DNA of 64,000 bases, from assembly GCF_009914755.1 (NCBI RefSeq), contig NC_060936.1; one strand, given 5' to 3'. The position numbers and the translations under genes are program-made. Below, piece after piece: positions 38,241-52,303 of the stretch (position 1 is the first letter of the stretch; every line of letters starts with the position of its first letter). Below the pieces are notes generated by a model. That model did no database searches. It had not been told where the DNA came from and saw only the letters and a list, made by a program, of their open reading frames with translations. Origin of the DNA: the human T2T-CHM13v2.0 reference genome, Homo sapiens.

Positions 38241-39261
38241 TGATTGTTCCATAAACTGTACAGCTGGGGAAGATCCCCCAATGCAGACACATGGCTAGCC
38301 CAAGTTTAACAGCAACTTAATGGCAGATGTAGGAGAAAAGTTAAGATCCAGAGCTTCTTTCTACTACATCTAAGAATTGTTTCCTCAGGTTTGGGGAGGA
38401 GACAGCAAAGCTAAACACTTCAAGGTAAATTATGATGCTTTGATGATTTCTTAAGCTGAGTGGTCTATAGTTCACTGGCATAGAAGGAAGGTTTTTGTTT
38501 TAGAAATATCATCTCTGCTTATGTTTACAGCATATCTTTCCTGTTCAGCCAGAGGCATCCATATTGCTTTGAGGAGAGTTAGCATTGTTAGATTAGGACA
38601 GCAAGAAGAAAGAAACTAATAAAATAGATTCTTGCACCCCACAATAGAAACATGGATTCGAATGCTAAAGTGTTGACTTGCAAGAGCCAGGTTCTTAATG
38701 AGAGAGGAAGAAGCTTGAGAATCCAAAGAGAAGGTCTTTAAGGAAGCAAGTTGTCCATGACATAAAGTTAGGTTACAAAGAGAACAGGGGAAGAACGAGG
38801 TCACCCCACCCCCTCTCTGGGCTAGTGGGTAGTTGATAGTGACCTGATTGGAGGAGGGAGAAAAGTGGTGGGCTGAGGGTTGGGATGAAGATGCTAGAGG
38901 GGACCATGGGGAGGAGAGCCTGCAAGTATAAGTGGACAGTGTACCTTGCTTTGCCATTTAGGGGAGGGCCATGTTAGCTGTCTCTCTCAGCCTTTGCTGT
39001 TGAGAACCTTCTGTAAACATATGCTTACATACCAACCCATAGATTTTCAGCAGAAGTGATACCCCACAATGTCCCCAGATTTTGCTAAGGTCCATATGAG
39101 TTATCTATTTGGATATCCTTTTTCAGTGACCACGGTCACTAATAAATACCGTGAAACATAGGCATGATTTCCAGAAGATGCTTGGAGATGTGGAGCATAG
39201 GCCCTCAGCATTTGTACTGGATGCAGCAACCATCCTCATGCCCTAGGTTTAATTTTAGGAG

Positions 39262-39520
39262 TTAATACAGCATGGCAATTAAGAATGTGGTCTCTGGCAT
39301 CAGACTGACTGCCTTAGATCCTGGTTCTCTCCTCTTATTAGCTGGGAAATTTTGAGGAAGTTTATAAAACCCTTAGATTCTTAGCTTCCTTGTCTCCTCA
39401 ATCACAGTATCATAATTTCTGCAACATAGTTTGCAGTGACTAAATAAATTAATACACAGGAAGGACTTAGTTAGAACAATGCCTGCTACATAGTATAGTT
39501 TAATAATTGCCTGTTGTAGT
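39262..39520 (+). mobile_element. MIR (near full length)
   Basis: cagcatggcaattaagaatgtggtctctggcatcagac...agaacaatgcctg. Confidence 0.75.
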
Positions 39521-39547
39521 TGTTCTTACTGCCTGTGCCCAGCCAAA

Positions 39548-39549
<2 letters not shown>

Positions 39550-39580
<31 letters not shown>
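39550..39580. repeat. (TG)15 microsatellite
   Basis: Read directly. Confidence 0.97.
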
Positions 39581-39583
<3 letters not shown>

Positions 39584-39687
39584 ATACAGAGCTAACAATC
39601 TGACAGCTTTTTTTTTTTTTGCAATAACAAAAAGAGAAGTTATTTATTTACTATTTCACCTTTCTGGGGTTGTTAATTTGATTTTCT

Positions 39688-39830
39688 ACTCATTCATTTG
39701 TATATGCTTTTAAGAAATATTTATGGAGCCCCTTCTATGTGCCTATCAGGCACTGGGCTGACTGCTGGGGATAAAATGGCATGTAAGATAGGCATATCCC
39801 TGCCCTCATGTAGTTTACAACTACAACTAG
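39688..39830 (-). mobile_element. L2 3' end fragment
   Basis: cattcatttg...aaatatttatggagccccttctatgtgcc...ccctgccctcatg. Confidence 0.75.
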
Positions 39831-42350
39831 TCTATTCCAATAACTGTTTTCCCTTTATCTGATTTTGGGGCCTGGGCCAATCTCCTGAGCACATTTCCTA
39901 GTGCTGGCAATTGGGGTCCTGCAGCAGGCCATAAAATGCATGGTATATGGGTTTAATAATGTCAGGGGAAATTTTCAGTTAATCCCTTGGACTGTGGGTA
40001 CACCCAGGATTCAAAGGCCAGACCAAAACGGCACGAAGAGAAACAGAGAACTGGTAATTATCTGGTGAATTTGGGTCATGTGGAAAGCCAAACTAAATTA
40101 CTTTTGCCAAGGAAAAAATGATTTTTTTTTTTCTCTTCAAATGAATTCGTTTTGGTGAGATTTTCCTAGGGTCTTCCCTTCCTTGCTTTGCATTATTCAA
40201 CCAGGTATTTCCTAGAAACCAGCACAGCGTGGGTAAAATATAAAGACAAGGACTTCGAGGGAAATGAAAACTGCTTGTCCATGGGGTATTTGGGGAGCCC
40301 TGGTCTTATTCCCGATATATAACATATAAGGAAAATTGTACTAAGTTGACAGTGCTACCATAAATCCAGTCAGCTCGTGGGTGCTCTAATTTTGAACTAA
40401 ATCTAACAGCTTCTGTTTATTTGTGAAACAGATGTTTTAAGTTAAACGTTTCTTATGTCTTTTTGTTCAGAATTATATCATATTATAATTTTGCATTTCT
40501 AAGGCAAAAGCAAATGAAGGGAACATGCTTAATTTTTAGGATATGAGTAATTTATTATACTTTTAATAGAGGATTTCAATGTATTCCCCATCCAGGAAAT
40601 GGTAATGGAAATTGCCTACTTCAACATGTAATCTATAAGATCTTGTTAAATAGTGTAATGAGAATTTGTCACTTTGTCACCTAGCTGACCTTTTACAACC
40701 CTGAAACTCAAAGTGAAGTGACACCTCCCTCAATTCAGATGAAATGCCTGCATATTTTACTGTGTTTTCACCAAGAAATCCCTTCAGCCAAAATTTCAGC
40801 TAGTCCAAGTCAATTTTTAAGCAAAGTGCATAACCAGAAATTGGCACAAACATTTGTGTATCATCCTTTCCATATTCAAAAGCTGTCTGAGACTCATTTG
40901 ATTAAGCATAAAAATAACTCTGTGAATGTCATTAGAAAGGCAGCGAACATTCTATGTCTGGTCCCTTGAATTTGTATTCTGGGGATGCATTATTAAGTCA
41001 CTGCTAAGTCGTTTCTCTTGTAAGAACCTGATCATGCTCTCTAGAGTCTGAAAAAATTATTTTCATTTTGAGTTTAGAAGGCTTAGTTTTTCTATTTCCG
41101 TTCAACAGAAAGGAAACAGCTGGTAAGTTAGGGAAGGCCAGTGTATTTGGCTACTGTAATCTCCACTGCCTTCCCTGGTTAACAGAATATCTTTATTCCA
41201 ACCAGGGCTCCCTCCCTGCCAAATCTCCTTATTAAACTAAATTGTGATTAGAAAAGAATAAATGACATTTTATTTCATATGTGGCTCCTTTCAAACTTCC
41301 ATACTCCTCTTTAAGTTTTCCTCTTACAAAACTTTTCCTTGGCCTTGGGCATTTCTCCTCCTTGGCAGACCTTCAACATTGCAAAGTTCCTGACAAGTCT
41401 TGTAGACTACTACTGAATGAAGCACCTCCTCATTCGTTCCTGTGGGATCAACTGTTATCCATGCACTTATTCATTCCATAAACATTAATTCTTACACACA
41501 AAATGGCTATGTGTATTCTAGACTCAAGTGGTCGTCTCTGAGGATCATGTATTGGTTCAAAAATGGGATGCTCTTTCTCTTTCTCAGATTTGTTTTTCTG
41601 TTAGGTGCAGTTGCTTTTTTCCAAAGTCAAGGAAGTCCAAAATGCAGGTTGCATATTGGTGGAATGGGTTCCAAATGTGGACAGATGTTGACAGAAGAAG
41701 TGTCAGTTGGGGAGTTTATTACAAATGGATATTTAGGGTCCCAGTTTCTAGAAGTTCTGAGCCAGTTGGGTGGGGCTCAGAGTTTTCTTATGTGCAGCTA
41801 TATGTTGTCCCACTGATGTGTAGGGCTAGAGTGATAGCAGTGGATGTGGAGAAAGAGGATGGATTGAAAAACGACCTAGGAGGCAGAGTGTGCAGGGCTT
41901 GATGGCCACAGATAGGAGTGAGGCCACAGGTAGGAGTGAGAACAGAGGAGTTGAAGATAACCTGTGTATACATATTGTTCTTAGTTCATCTGCAAAAACA
42001 AAAAGAATACTACTTATTTCAGCAATGGAAAATTACCCAGGATTGTTTCAACAAGGCAACACTAAAAATATTCCCCAAACAATTCTTTGGTATCAAAAAA
42101 TAAATACCAGATGGAGTATACACTTTTTGATTGACTGCAAGGAATTTATTGAAGGTTGAAAGAAAGTAAAACTTAATGTTGCATTTAGCAAAGACTTTGA
42201 CTTTTCTCCTTTGTACATTCAACCTGGGGCCATAGTGAAAGTCATATTGGGGATAAAATGTCACTATATATTTGTAATTCAGAACTTCAAAAGGACCTTC
42301 TCTGTTGATGTAGTTTTCTACTAAAGTTGTCTTGCCTGCCACAATGAGCA

Positions 42351-42733
<383 letters not shown>

Positions 42734-42996
42734 TGAGTGATGGACTTGAACTCTACCTCATGGAGAAGATAGACATTATCACATAGGCACACCCTACTTT
42801 TTCTGCTAAGTCTATAAACCTACTTGCAGCTGCACTTTTTTTTTCTTCTTCTCGCCGCACCATTGTCATCAAGGAAGTAACATTTCTCCTGCAAGATTTT
42901 GGATTTTATGCCTTCTCATCTTCTCAAGGACTTCATTCTTCAAGTTTTCTCTTTTCTCTCTTTTTTACCTTTAGCCTCTAACTTTATACTGGATCA

Positions 42997-45080
42997 TTTT
43001 TTTAAATTTCCATAGGTTTTTTGGGGAACAAGTGGCATTTGGTTACATGAGTAAGTTCTTTGGTGGTGATTTGTGAGATTTTGGTGCACCCATCACCTGA
43101 GCAGTACACACTGAACCCAATTTGTAGTCTTTTATCCCTCACCCCCTTCCCACCCTTTCCCCCTGAGTCCCCAAAGTCCATTGTGTCATTCTTATGCCTT
43201 TCCATCCTCATAGCTTAGCTCCCACTTATGAGTGAGAACATACAATGTTTGGTTTTCCATTCCTGAATTATTTCACTTAGAATAATAGTCTCCAATCCTA
43301 TCCAGGTTGTTGTGAATGCTATTAATGCATTCCTTATTTATGGCTGAGTAGCATTCTATCATTTACATTTACATATATACACACATATATATAATACATA
43401 TAATACACACACACATATATATATCTCACAGTTTCTTTATCTACTCGATTGATGAGCATTTGGGTTGGTTCCACATGTTTGCAATTGCAAATTGTGCTGC
43501 TATAAACATACATGTGCCAGTATCTTTTTTGTACAATGACTTCTTTCCCTCTGGATAGTTACCCAGTAGTGGGATTGCTGGATCAAATGGTAAGTTCTAC
43601 TTTTCATTCTTCAAATAATCTCCACAGTGTTTTCCATAGTGGTTGTACTAGTTTACATTCCCACAAGCAGTTTAGAAGTGTTCCCTTTTCACTGCATCCA
43701 AGACAACATCTATTATTTTTTGATATTTTGATTATGGTTATTCTTGAAGGAGTAAGGTGGTAACACATTGTGGTTTTGATTTGCATTTCCCTGATCATTA
43801 GTGATATTGAGCATTTTTTCATGTTTGTTGGCCATTTCTATAACTTTTTTCGAAGATTTATAGATTGTGATTTTCTCCTACTCTGTGGGTTGTCTGTTTA
43901 CTCTACTGACTGTTCCTTTTGCCATGTGAAAGCTCTTTAGTTTAATTAAGTCCAAGCTATTTATCTTTGTTTTTATTGCATTTGCTTTTGGGTTCTTGGT
44001 CATTAAATCCTTGCCTAAGCCAATGTCTAGAGGGGTTTTTCTGATGTTATCTTCTAAAATTTTTATAGTTTCAGGTCTTACATTTAAGTCTTTGATCCAT
44101 CTTGAGTTGATTTTTGTATAAGGTGAGAGATGAGGATCCAGTTTCATTCTCCTACCTGTGGCTTGCCAATTATCTCAACACCATTTGTTGAATAGGATGT
44201 CTTTTCCCCACTTTATGTTTTTGTTTGCTTTGTCTAAGATCAGTTCGCTGTAAGTATTTGAGTTTATTCTGGGTTCTCTATTCTATTCCATCGGTCTAGG
44301 TGCCTATTTTTATACCAGTACCATGCTGTTTTGGTGACTACAGCCTTATAGTATAGTTTGAAATCAGGTAATTTGATGCCTCCAGATTTGTTCTTTTTGC
44401 TTAGTCTTGCATTGGCTATGTGGGCTCTTTTTGTTTCCATATGAATTTTAGGATTTTTTTTTGTAGTTCTGTGAAGAATGATGGTGGTATTTTGATGGGA
44501 ATTGCATTGAATTTGCAGATTCCTCTTGGCAGTATGGTCATTTTCACAATATTGATGCTACCCATCCATGAACATGGGATTTGTTCAGTTTGTTTGTGTC
44601 TTCTATGATTTCTTTCAGCAGTGTTTTATAGTTTTCCTTGTAGAGATCTTTTACCTCCTTGGTTAGGTATATTCTTAAGTATTTTATTTTATTTTTGCAG
44701 CTATTGTAGAAGGGGCTGAGTTCTTGATTTGATTCTCAGCTTGGTCACTGTTGGTGTGTAGAAGAGCTACTGATTTGTGCATATTAATTTCACATCCAGA
44801 AGCTTTGCTGAATTCTTTTATCAGTTCTGGGAGCTTTCTGGCAGAGTCTTTAGGGTTTTCTAGGTAAACAATCATATCATCAGCAAACAGCAACAGTTTG
44901 ACTTCCTCTTTACCAATTTGGATGCCTTTATTTCTTTATCTTGTCTGATTGCTCTAGCTAGGACTTCCAGTACTATGTTGAAGAAGAGTGGTGAGAGTGA
45001 GCATCCTTGTCTTGTTCCAGTTCTCAGAGGGAATGCTTTCAACTTTTCCCTATTCATTATTATGTTGGTTGTGGGTTTGT
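42997..45080 (-). mobile_element. 5'-truncated L1PB-type LINE-1 (3'UTR plus disrupted ORF2 RT/C-terminal region)
   Basis: 3'UTR ggttacatgagtaagttctttggtggtgatttgtgagattttggtgcacccatcacc. ORF fragments [16 protein letters not shown] (RT motif), [21 protein letters not shown] and [11 protein letters not shown]. Confidence 0.95.
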
Positions 45081-45404
45081 CATTTTACTTTGTCATTTCT
45101 GTTAGCATCAATACCTTTTCTAGCACCTTCCATTAAAAAAAATCTCTTAATTCCACAGCCCTGTTTCTCTGATTCCTCCTGGTCAACATTCTTTTTAAAA
45201 GTCTTCTACACATTTTTTTCTTCATTTCCACACCTCTCACTCATTCTTTACTTCAGCCTCAATGTGATGTTTGTTCTGATTCACCAAAGCTACTCACGAA
45301 AAGCACAAATATCCTTTACATTATAAAATACCTTACGAATATTTTATTACCTTTCAATGCAGTAGAACACTAACTGGCTCCTTGCAACACTTTGTCGTCC
45401 TGAC

Positions 45405-46640
45405 ATTAATTTGGGGAAATTCCCAGCCATTATTATTTCAAATATTTCTTTTGCTTTTTTCTCTTCTCCTTCTGGTGTTCCTATTGTACATATGTTACAC
45501 CATTTGTAGTTGTCCTACAGTCCCTGGATATTTTGTACTGTTTTTGTCCCCAGTATTTGTTCTCTTTGCTTTTTAGTTTTTAAGTTTCTATTGCTGTATC
45601 CTCATGCTCAGAGATTCTTTCCTCAACTGTGTCCAGTCTACTAAGAAGCCCATCAAAGTCATTCTTTATTTCTGTTATGGTGTTTTTGATATCTAGCATT
45701 TCTATTTCATTCTTTCTTAGGATTTCCATCTGTTTGCTTACATTGTCCATGTGTTCTTGGATGCTATCTCCTTTATCCATTAGAGCCCTTGGCATGTTAA
45801 TCACAGTTGTTTTAAATTCCTGGTCTGATAATTCCAATATCCCTGCCATATTTGGTTCTGATGCTTGCTCTGTCTTTTCAAATGATGTTTTTGTCTTTTG
45901 GTATGGTTTATAATTTTTTGGCAGTTGGATGTGATGTATCAGGTAAGTAAGCCCCTTGTAGTGTGGGGTAAGCTGTGGGGAGCAGGAAAGCAATCTATAG
46001 TCATATACTTAGGTCTCAGTCCTTTAGTGAGTCTATGCCTTTGAACTGTGAACTTCAGAAGTCTTTCTCAGTTTTTTTCTTCCCTTTTAGGTGGAACAGA
46101 ATGGCTAGAGTGGGATGGAGTTGGGTATTTCCTTTCCCCCAGGTCAGTTAGTTTCTGATGATACCCTAGGGGGTTAGACTCTGATTAATTAGTTTATTCC
46201 GGGGAAGATCTTGTTAAGAACAGAATTCCCCGGCCTATTTCAAAATGGTTCCCTTTACCCTCCCCCTGATGGAAACATGAGGGGATTTTTCTCTTAGGCT
46301 TACTGTGGGAACTTGGTTGAGCTCCTGAGACCCCTAAAGTTTTTAATTATCTGGCTTGTCAGCGCTGAGTCCCCAGTAATTAGTCAATTACAGTTCAGGT
46401 GTTCCTCCACAGCACTAGTTCCCATGGCAGTTTCTGCTCATGAGCATGTCCTGGGAAGCCATGATTCCCTGTATTTGCCTCTGTCTCCAGTCTTGTGGAT
46501 AGCAGTTTGCCTTGTGTCTTCCCCTCTATTATGGATCCAAAAAGAGTTGTTGATTGTTCACTCTGTTCAGCTTTTTACTTGTTTTGAGAATGGAGTTTTG
46601 ACTTCTAAGATCCTTACCTGCAAGACCGGAAACCAGAAGT
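45405..46640 (-). mobile_element. Old L1M 5' region (ORF1 coiled-coil remnant plus 5'UTR)
   Basis: ORF 45580-45993 (ELSDQEFKTTVINM...EILRKNEIEMLDIKNTITEIKNDFDGLLSRLDTVEERISE) is L1 ORF1p-like. Confidence 0.85.
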
Positions 46641-46679
46641 TCCTGTGTTAAGAACAGACTGTAGAAGATGAAAGGATGG

Positions 46680-47157
46680 AGTATTATTTTTCTAGAGATG
46701 CCACAACATACTACCACAAACAGAGTGGCTTAAGCCAATAGAAATGTATTCTCTCACAATTCTGGAGGCCAGAAGTAAGACATCAAGGTGTCAGCAGGGC
46801 CATGCTCTCTCTCTGAAAACTCTAGAGGAGAATCCTTCTTTGCATCTTCCAGCTCTGGTGGCTTCTGGCATTCCTTGGCTTGTGGAAGCACAACTCCAGT
46901 CTCTGCCTCCCTCTTCACATGGCCTTTCCCCATGTATCAGTGTCTCTGTCCAAATCACCCTCTCCTTGCTCTTAGAAAGACACCATTTATTGGATTTAGG
47001 ATCCACCCTAGATCAAGAATGATTCAGTCATGGGATTCTTAACTAACCACATCTGCAAAGACTCCATTTCCAAACAAGGTCACATTAATAAGTGTGTGTG
47101 TGCGGGTGGTAGGGCTCAAATATATCTTTTTGAGGGATACAGTTCAACCCACTACAG
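46680..47157 (-). mobile_element. MLT1B/C/D-type solo LTR
   Basis: taccacaaacagagtggcttaa...ttctggaggccagaag...ttcaacccactaca. Confidence 0.88.
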
Positions 47158-47439
47158 CATTAAGTAACCAAATTAAATTTTAAGTGAGCAGTGGCAGGGC
47201 TTATGATGACAGTGTATATATGAAGATTTGGTGTATGTTTCTATGAGAGAGATTATGAGATTCGCTGATGGATTTCATTTGGAGTGTGACAAAGAACAGC
47301 ATCAAAAATGACTTCGACTTTTGACTTGACATAGGATGAATAGGACTTTTGATCTGACATAGGATGAATTTACTGATCTAGAAAGATGCAAGTTTTGGGG
47401 GGAGAGGACTATGAAGACTTTCCCCAATTACTTTAATAA

Positions 47440-47680
47440 TATAGCATAGAATTTAAGAGCAACACCTCTGGAGGCAAATAGACCTGGGCTCACAAATAAT
47501 GTTAACATACCTTGGGGTATTTTACTTAATCTCCCTGGGTCTTGGGATTCCCATTTGCAAAATGGGCATAATAAAAATAATACCTCTCTCATAATATTAT
47601 TGGAATGATTTCACATGATTATGCATGTGAGCTATTAATAGTCAGTGGCAAACAGGCAGTACTTCCCCTGTAAATCTTAT
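47440..47680 (+). mobile_element. MIR
   Basis: ctctggaggcaaatagacctggg...ccatttgcaaaatgggcataata. Confidence 0.75.
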
Positions 47681-48175
47681 CTATTCATCTCATTTTGAAA
47701 GGAGCCTACAGAGATTTGGAAGGCCCCTTCAAATGCACCATTCTTTTATTCTGACATCACTTTGGTGGATTAGGAAGACTGATGTGGCAGCAGCATATAG
47801 ATTAGACTGGGGTGGGAAGAGAAGGAGGCAGGGAACCTACTAAGTTGTCCATTGAGAGATGTCAGTGGCATGAGAATAGTGGGGAAAGAGAAAACAGAGA
47901 GGACGTTATTGAGGGAACTGCACAGGACCTGGCAAATGATGCACTGTGAGAAAAGATAAAGATGTCTGACTTTCTAACTCTGGAAAGTTGGAACACAGTA
48001 ACTGATGAAAGTGGCAAAGTGGAAGTGTAGAGTAACCTTGGGATGAGAAAGGGGAAGGAGCATATTCAGTTTAGACTCACCAGATTGAAGTACTGACAGT
48101 ATAAGAAATTAGGCACCAAGTAGAATCATGGCATGCAGTAAGTGCTCCATATCTGAATGGTTGGTAGATCTAGGT

Positions 48176-48473
48176 CAGTACTGTCCAATAGACATATGAG
48201 AGCCACAAATGTAAGCCATGGGTCATTTAAATTTTCCTAATAGCCATATTAAAAAAAGTAGAATGAAACTAATTTTGATAATATGTTTTATTTAACCTAA
48301 TATAACCAAAATACTTTCATTCCAATATGTAATTGCCATAAAATATTGATTATGTTATATTCTTTTTTTCAGGCTAAGTTTTTGAAATCCCATATGTATT
48401 TTATACCCACAGCACATCCCAATTTGTACTAGCCATATCTCGAGTGCTCACTAGCTGCTGTATTGGATAGTAT
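48176..48473. mobile_element. MER33 (hAT-Charlie) with ~8-bp TSD (a/t)tctaggt
   Basis: cagtactgtccaatag...tattggatagta TIRs with an AT-rich body; tctaggt on both sides. Confidence 0.88.
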
Positions 48474-48899
48474 AATTCTAGGTGGAGGTGATTGTCAGGC
48501 AGTAGATTATGATAACTGCACTTCGAAAGACAGGCATCAATCTAAAATCACCTGTATGGAAGAGGAAACCAGGTAATAGGATGAACTTTGTAAGAGAGAG
48601 AATACTAAAAGAGAAGGGAACCTAAGATAGAATGGGGGAACAATTCATTTTGCAAAGGTTTGGTTTTTCCATTAGACTGCCCAGCCCCTGAAAAGAGGTG
48701 AATTAGTAATAGTGATTCAATGCATGTTTTTAACATATGGACCTCTTGGTTTTTTAATTCTACTATTTGCAAGCATCTTGTTCATGTATTTGTTTATTGT
48801 CCATCTCCTCATTACCATAATGTAAATCTGTTTTGCTCACAATTATATTTCCAGAATAACATCTCTCACACATTAGTGCTCAGTAAATGCCTGTGAGAT

Positions 48900-49700
48900 A
48901 AAAGTCTAATCTCTACCTTCAGAAAATTTACAATATGATGGGTAAAAAACCATTACATAGAGGAAAAATATACTAATGATAGATTCATAGAGAATTAGAT
49001 TCCTGATGAATGATATTGCTAAGGTTGGGTCCAGGAGTTCAACAGAGAGAAAGAGTCATTGATTTTGGAGGAGCCTAGAAATACAGAATTGAAACATGGT
49101 CTATGCCTTAAATGATGGCTAGCCTTTGAATGTATGGGAAGCAAGGGGAAGCTTTCCAAGTAGGGTGAATGACTTATGCAAAGGTGTGGTGCATGTGAAT
49201 ATTTTAGTTGCAATAGCTATTAAGAAAAAGAAAGATATCAAATTGAAAATGGTGGCCACTGAAGTTTTTCATAAGGTATGCCAAGCAAAACTTTAAAAAT
49301 GCTATATCAAATGGATTGAGAGAGGAGTACTGGTGAGCAGCCATTGCAATTGTCCAGAAGGCAATAAAGGTTGGACTAATAAGAGTGATGCCTTTGGGGG
49401 TAGGAGGAGGAAAGATATAAGAGATGTTTGAATAATGGCCTTGGCATATTTTGATCTCTATTTTTAAAAAGAGGCTGTTATTTAGCATAAATGACCTTGA
49501 AGGATGACCTAATGAGCACTGGATGTTTGAATGTGTTGCTGAGGAAAACTCCAAGGTTCTGAACTTGGTTGACTGAATTATGGTGCCATAGACAGAAAGT
49601 TCCAAATAGCAAATTGCTTTTAGAGGTGAAGACTAGAGAGGAAAATGGGTTGAAGTCAAAGTGTTGGAAGATATCCACGTGGAAATTTCCAGTAAGCCTT
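48900..49700 (-). mobile_element. Degraded L2 fragments
   Basis: gccattgcaattgtccagaagg...aactccaaggttctgaacttgg resembles the L2 antisense body. Confidence 0.6.
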
Positions 49701-49854
49701 CAGATGACTAAGGGATTCAGAGAATGTAGGCTCTTTCCAAATCTTCTGTTCTTTTTGCCTATATAGAAAGTGTTTACTTTATGTGTTTCCTTGTGGCTCT
49801 GTTGATTACATTTTTATGTGTGGTTTGGAGCTCCTCTGGCTTCAGACCTGTATT

Positions 49855-50110
49855 TGTTTTGGGCATAGTTGGAGTAGAGTGCTAACAAGCTCAAGGTCAT
49901 AGGTTTGATCCCCAAAAGGGCCAGTTAGTTTCATGGAGAGGAAAATTGCATTCCATGGTTCACAGACTTGACCCCTAATCCTGTCTGCTTGTCTCAAAAC
50001 TATCTAGCATTGGTCCCAAGAGGGCCCAGTGAGAAAGTGTGAGCAGTTGTGTGCGCAATCTATTTAAACTACTGGAAGAATAACTCCAAGTGGGTTTATC
50101 TAGTTGCTTC
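49855..50110 (+). mobile_element. MamSINE1-like tRNA-derived ancient SINE
   Basis: tRNA-like head gtgctaacaagctcaaggtcataggtttgatcccc...gggccagttag, then cacagacttgacccctaatcc...cattggtcccaagaggg...actactggaagaataactc. Confidence 0.75.
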
Positions 50111-51450
50111 TTCAGGAAGTTTTGTCTGCCCTCCTTCCTCAACTCTTGGGACAGAGATCACCTTTTCAGAGACAACACCATGAACAAATGCACATGAAAC
50201 TGTCATGCTCATGTCTGCCTGCATCTGCGTTCCTATGTTCATTTACTTCTCAAGCAAAGGGCAGTGTGAGCACCCAGGAGCGTATAGTTCTTTGGTACAA
50301 GTGTCTACTTGTAAGTATTGGAGTATTATCAGTTTGACTTTGAGAACTGGCTTACCAGTGTTGTACAAAAAAGCCCTAGAGAGCATGAATGTGCCCAAAA
50401 GACTCTCTAAGCAAACCTTTCCCCAACAGATTTTCCTTATCAGACTGCTTTTGCTTGCTTCGTACTTTTACTGGGAAATATAAGTCAACACAGAATTCTT
50501 GTCAATTGGTCATACAAGGATACAGCATAGAATTCTCAGTGTTCTTGAGAAGAATGCTGGTATCCATAAAACAACTCCTAAACAAACCCACAGAAGGCAT
50601 CTTCCACACAAGTACAGAGTTACCAGCACCTGCTGGGATGGCATCTAAAATCTGTTTTTTTGGATACTGCATTTTCAAAAATCAGTCTTAGAGGTTCTCA
50701 AATTGCTTTTTCAGTTAACAGATATACCCTGGGTCCTACAAGAGTTACCCTGAAGAGGACTTGGAATAATGCTATGCACACACTGAAAGATTCAAAATAA
50801 ATCTTCATGGCTTAAAAAGGACTTGAAAATTATTTTCAAGTTCACTTCTCTTTCAGGGAATTGGAGATTGCTACACCAGGGATATTTCTCTTATTTGGCA
50901 TTATGGAAAATTTTGAAGGCTGAGAAGTAAGAGACCAGACCATCAAATCTTATTTCATTGATTTCTAAGACTAATAGTGATGTCTTAAAAGAATATGTTA
51001 TGGAATAAATATGACTAAAAGTAAAAGGCAGAATAAAATTATATGCTGATGAATCCAGCAAAACTGGTTGAAAAATTCTTAGTGTTTGGTTTGTACACAG
51101 ACAAGCAACATACTTATTTGCATTGTTCCTTCAAATTGATTACATTGAAGATAAATTATTTTAACATTATAAAGGGACAGCCTGAAAATATCAAATAAGT
51201 AGTTAAAAATTATTACATGAAAACTTTGCATGTCTGCTGGCTGGGCTGGGCTGGAGTGAAGAAAGATAAAGAATTATGACACAGTAAGAAAATGTTAGAC
51301 TTGAAATTTTTACATCTGCATTGTGGTGCAAGGATCTGCACTAGCACTTTTTACCTGATTTTTCTGGTCAGAGTCAAATTAGGGGGAAATGTGGTCAGTG
51401 TCAGAAATGTTGAGACCATGAGTTAAGAGTATATATAGAAAACGGTGTGA

Positions 51451-51645
51451 CACACACCGGGACCTGTCAAGGGCTGGGGGGCTGGGGGAGGGACAGCATT
51501 AGGAGAAACACCTAATGTAGATGATGGGTTGATAGGTGCAGTAAACCACCATGGCACGTGTATACCTATGTAACAAGGCTGCACGTTCTGCACATGTACC
51601 CCAGAACTTAAAGTATAATTAAAAATAAAAAATAAAAAAAAGAAA
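51451..51645 (+). mobile_element. L1PA 3'-terminal ~200 bp with poly(A) tail and 16-bp TSD
   Basis: G-rich tract, ...ctgcacatgtaccccagaacttaaagtataat and A tail; TSD agaaaacggtgtgaca (51437-51452) / agaaaatgatgtgaca (51645-51660). Confidence 0.95.
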
Positions 51646-52089
51646 GAAAATGATGTGACAAAGCCAATGGAGAGAATTCTACTTTGGCTATCTTAGATCC
51701 TTAATTAATACTCTCATTCTTAATAATAGCAGAAGTAATGATAATAAAAGTAATAGTAAAAATACCAGAAACCACACAAAACAAGAGCTGATAAGCAGAC
51801 AAGTGCTGGACTATGCCAGTGGTTTCATCTAGCCACAGAAAAATTAAAAAAGATGAAAAAAATTAAATTAATGATGAGTTTTCTATAAAGCTTAATTTAC
51901 ACAATTAAAGAATCTGCCCTTTTTTCTTAGATTATATTCTTGCCATGTTTTTAAAAAATTAATTCATTTTCAGTGATACAATGGTGATGATAGATGATTT
52001 TTTTATTTCCTTATTTTAGGCAAATAAAGATTTTGACACCTCAGGTTGATTTTTCTCAATTTCTACTTTTATTTTTTGAAATTTCAATA

Positions 52090-52295
52090 TTTTGAGAAAT
52101 CTAGAAGTTTAGGAACTGTTGTATGATAATGTTTAATCCTTAAATAATAATTTGAGGCAGATATTGCTGTTATTATCAAAATAAGAGGAAACTAAACCCC
52201 ACAGAAGTCATTTTAATTTGTCCAAAGCACATATTAGAACATGACACAAGCCCACATCTGCCTGATTTCAGCACTTGTTTCTTACTACTATGTAA
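52090..52295 (-). mobile_element. MIR
   Basis: gaggaaactaaaccccacagaag...tttgtccaaagcacata. Confidence 0.65.
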
Positions 52296-52303
52296 TTCCT
52301 GTT

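Noticed and set aside
4382-40217. STAT5-type TTCYNRGAA motifs (4382, 20991, 40209) as growth-hormone response elements for IGF1
   Set aside because: They are isolated single sites at about chance frequency for 64 kb, with no tandem pairs. They cannot be supported without ChIP data.
45580-45993. 137-aa coiled-coil ORF as a domesticated gene
   Set aside because: It is an L1 ORF1p N-terminal remnant with a non-ATG start, embedded in degraded L1 sequence.
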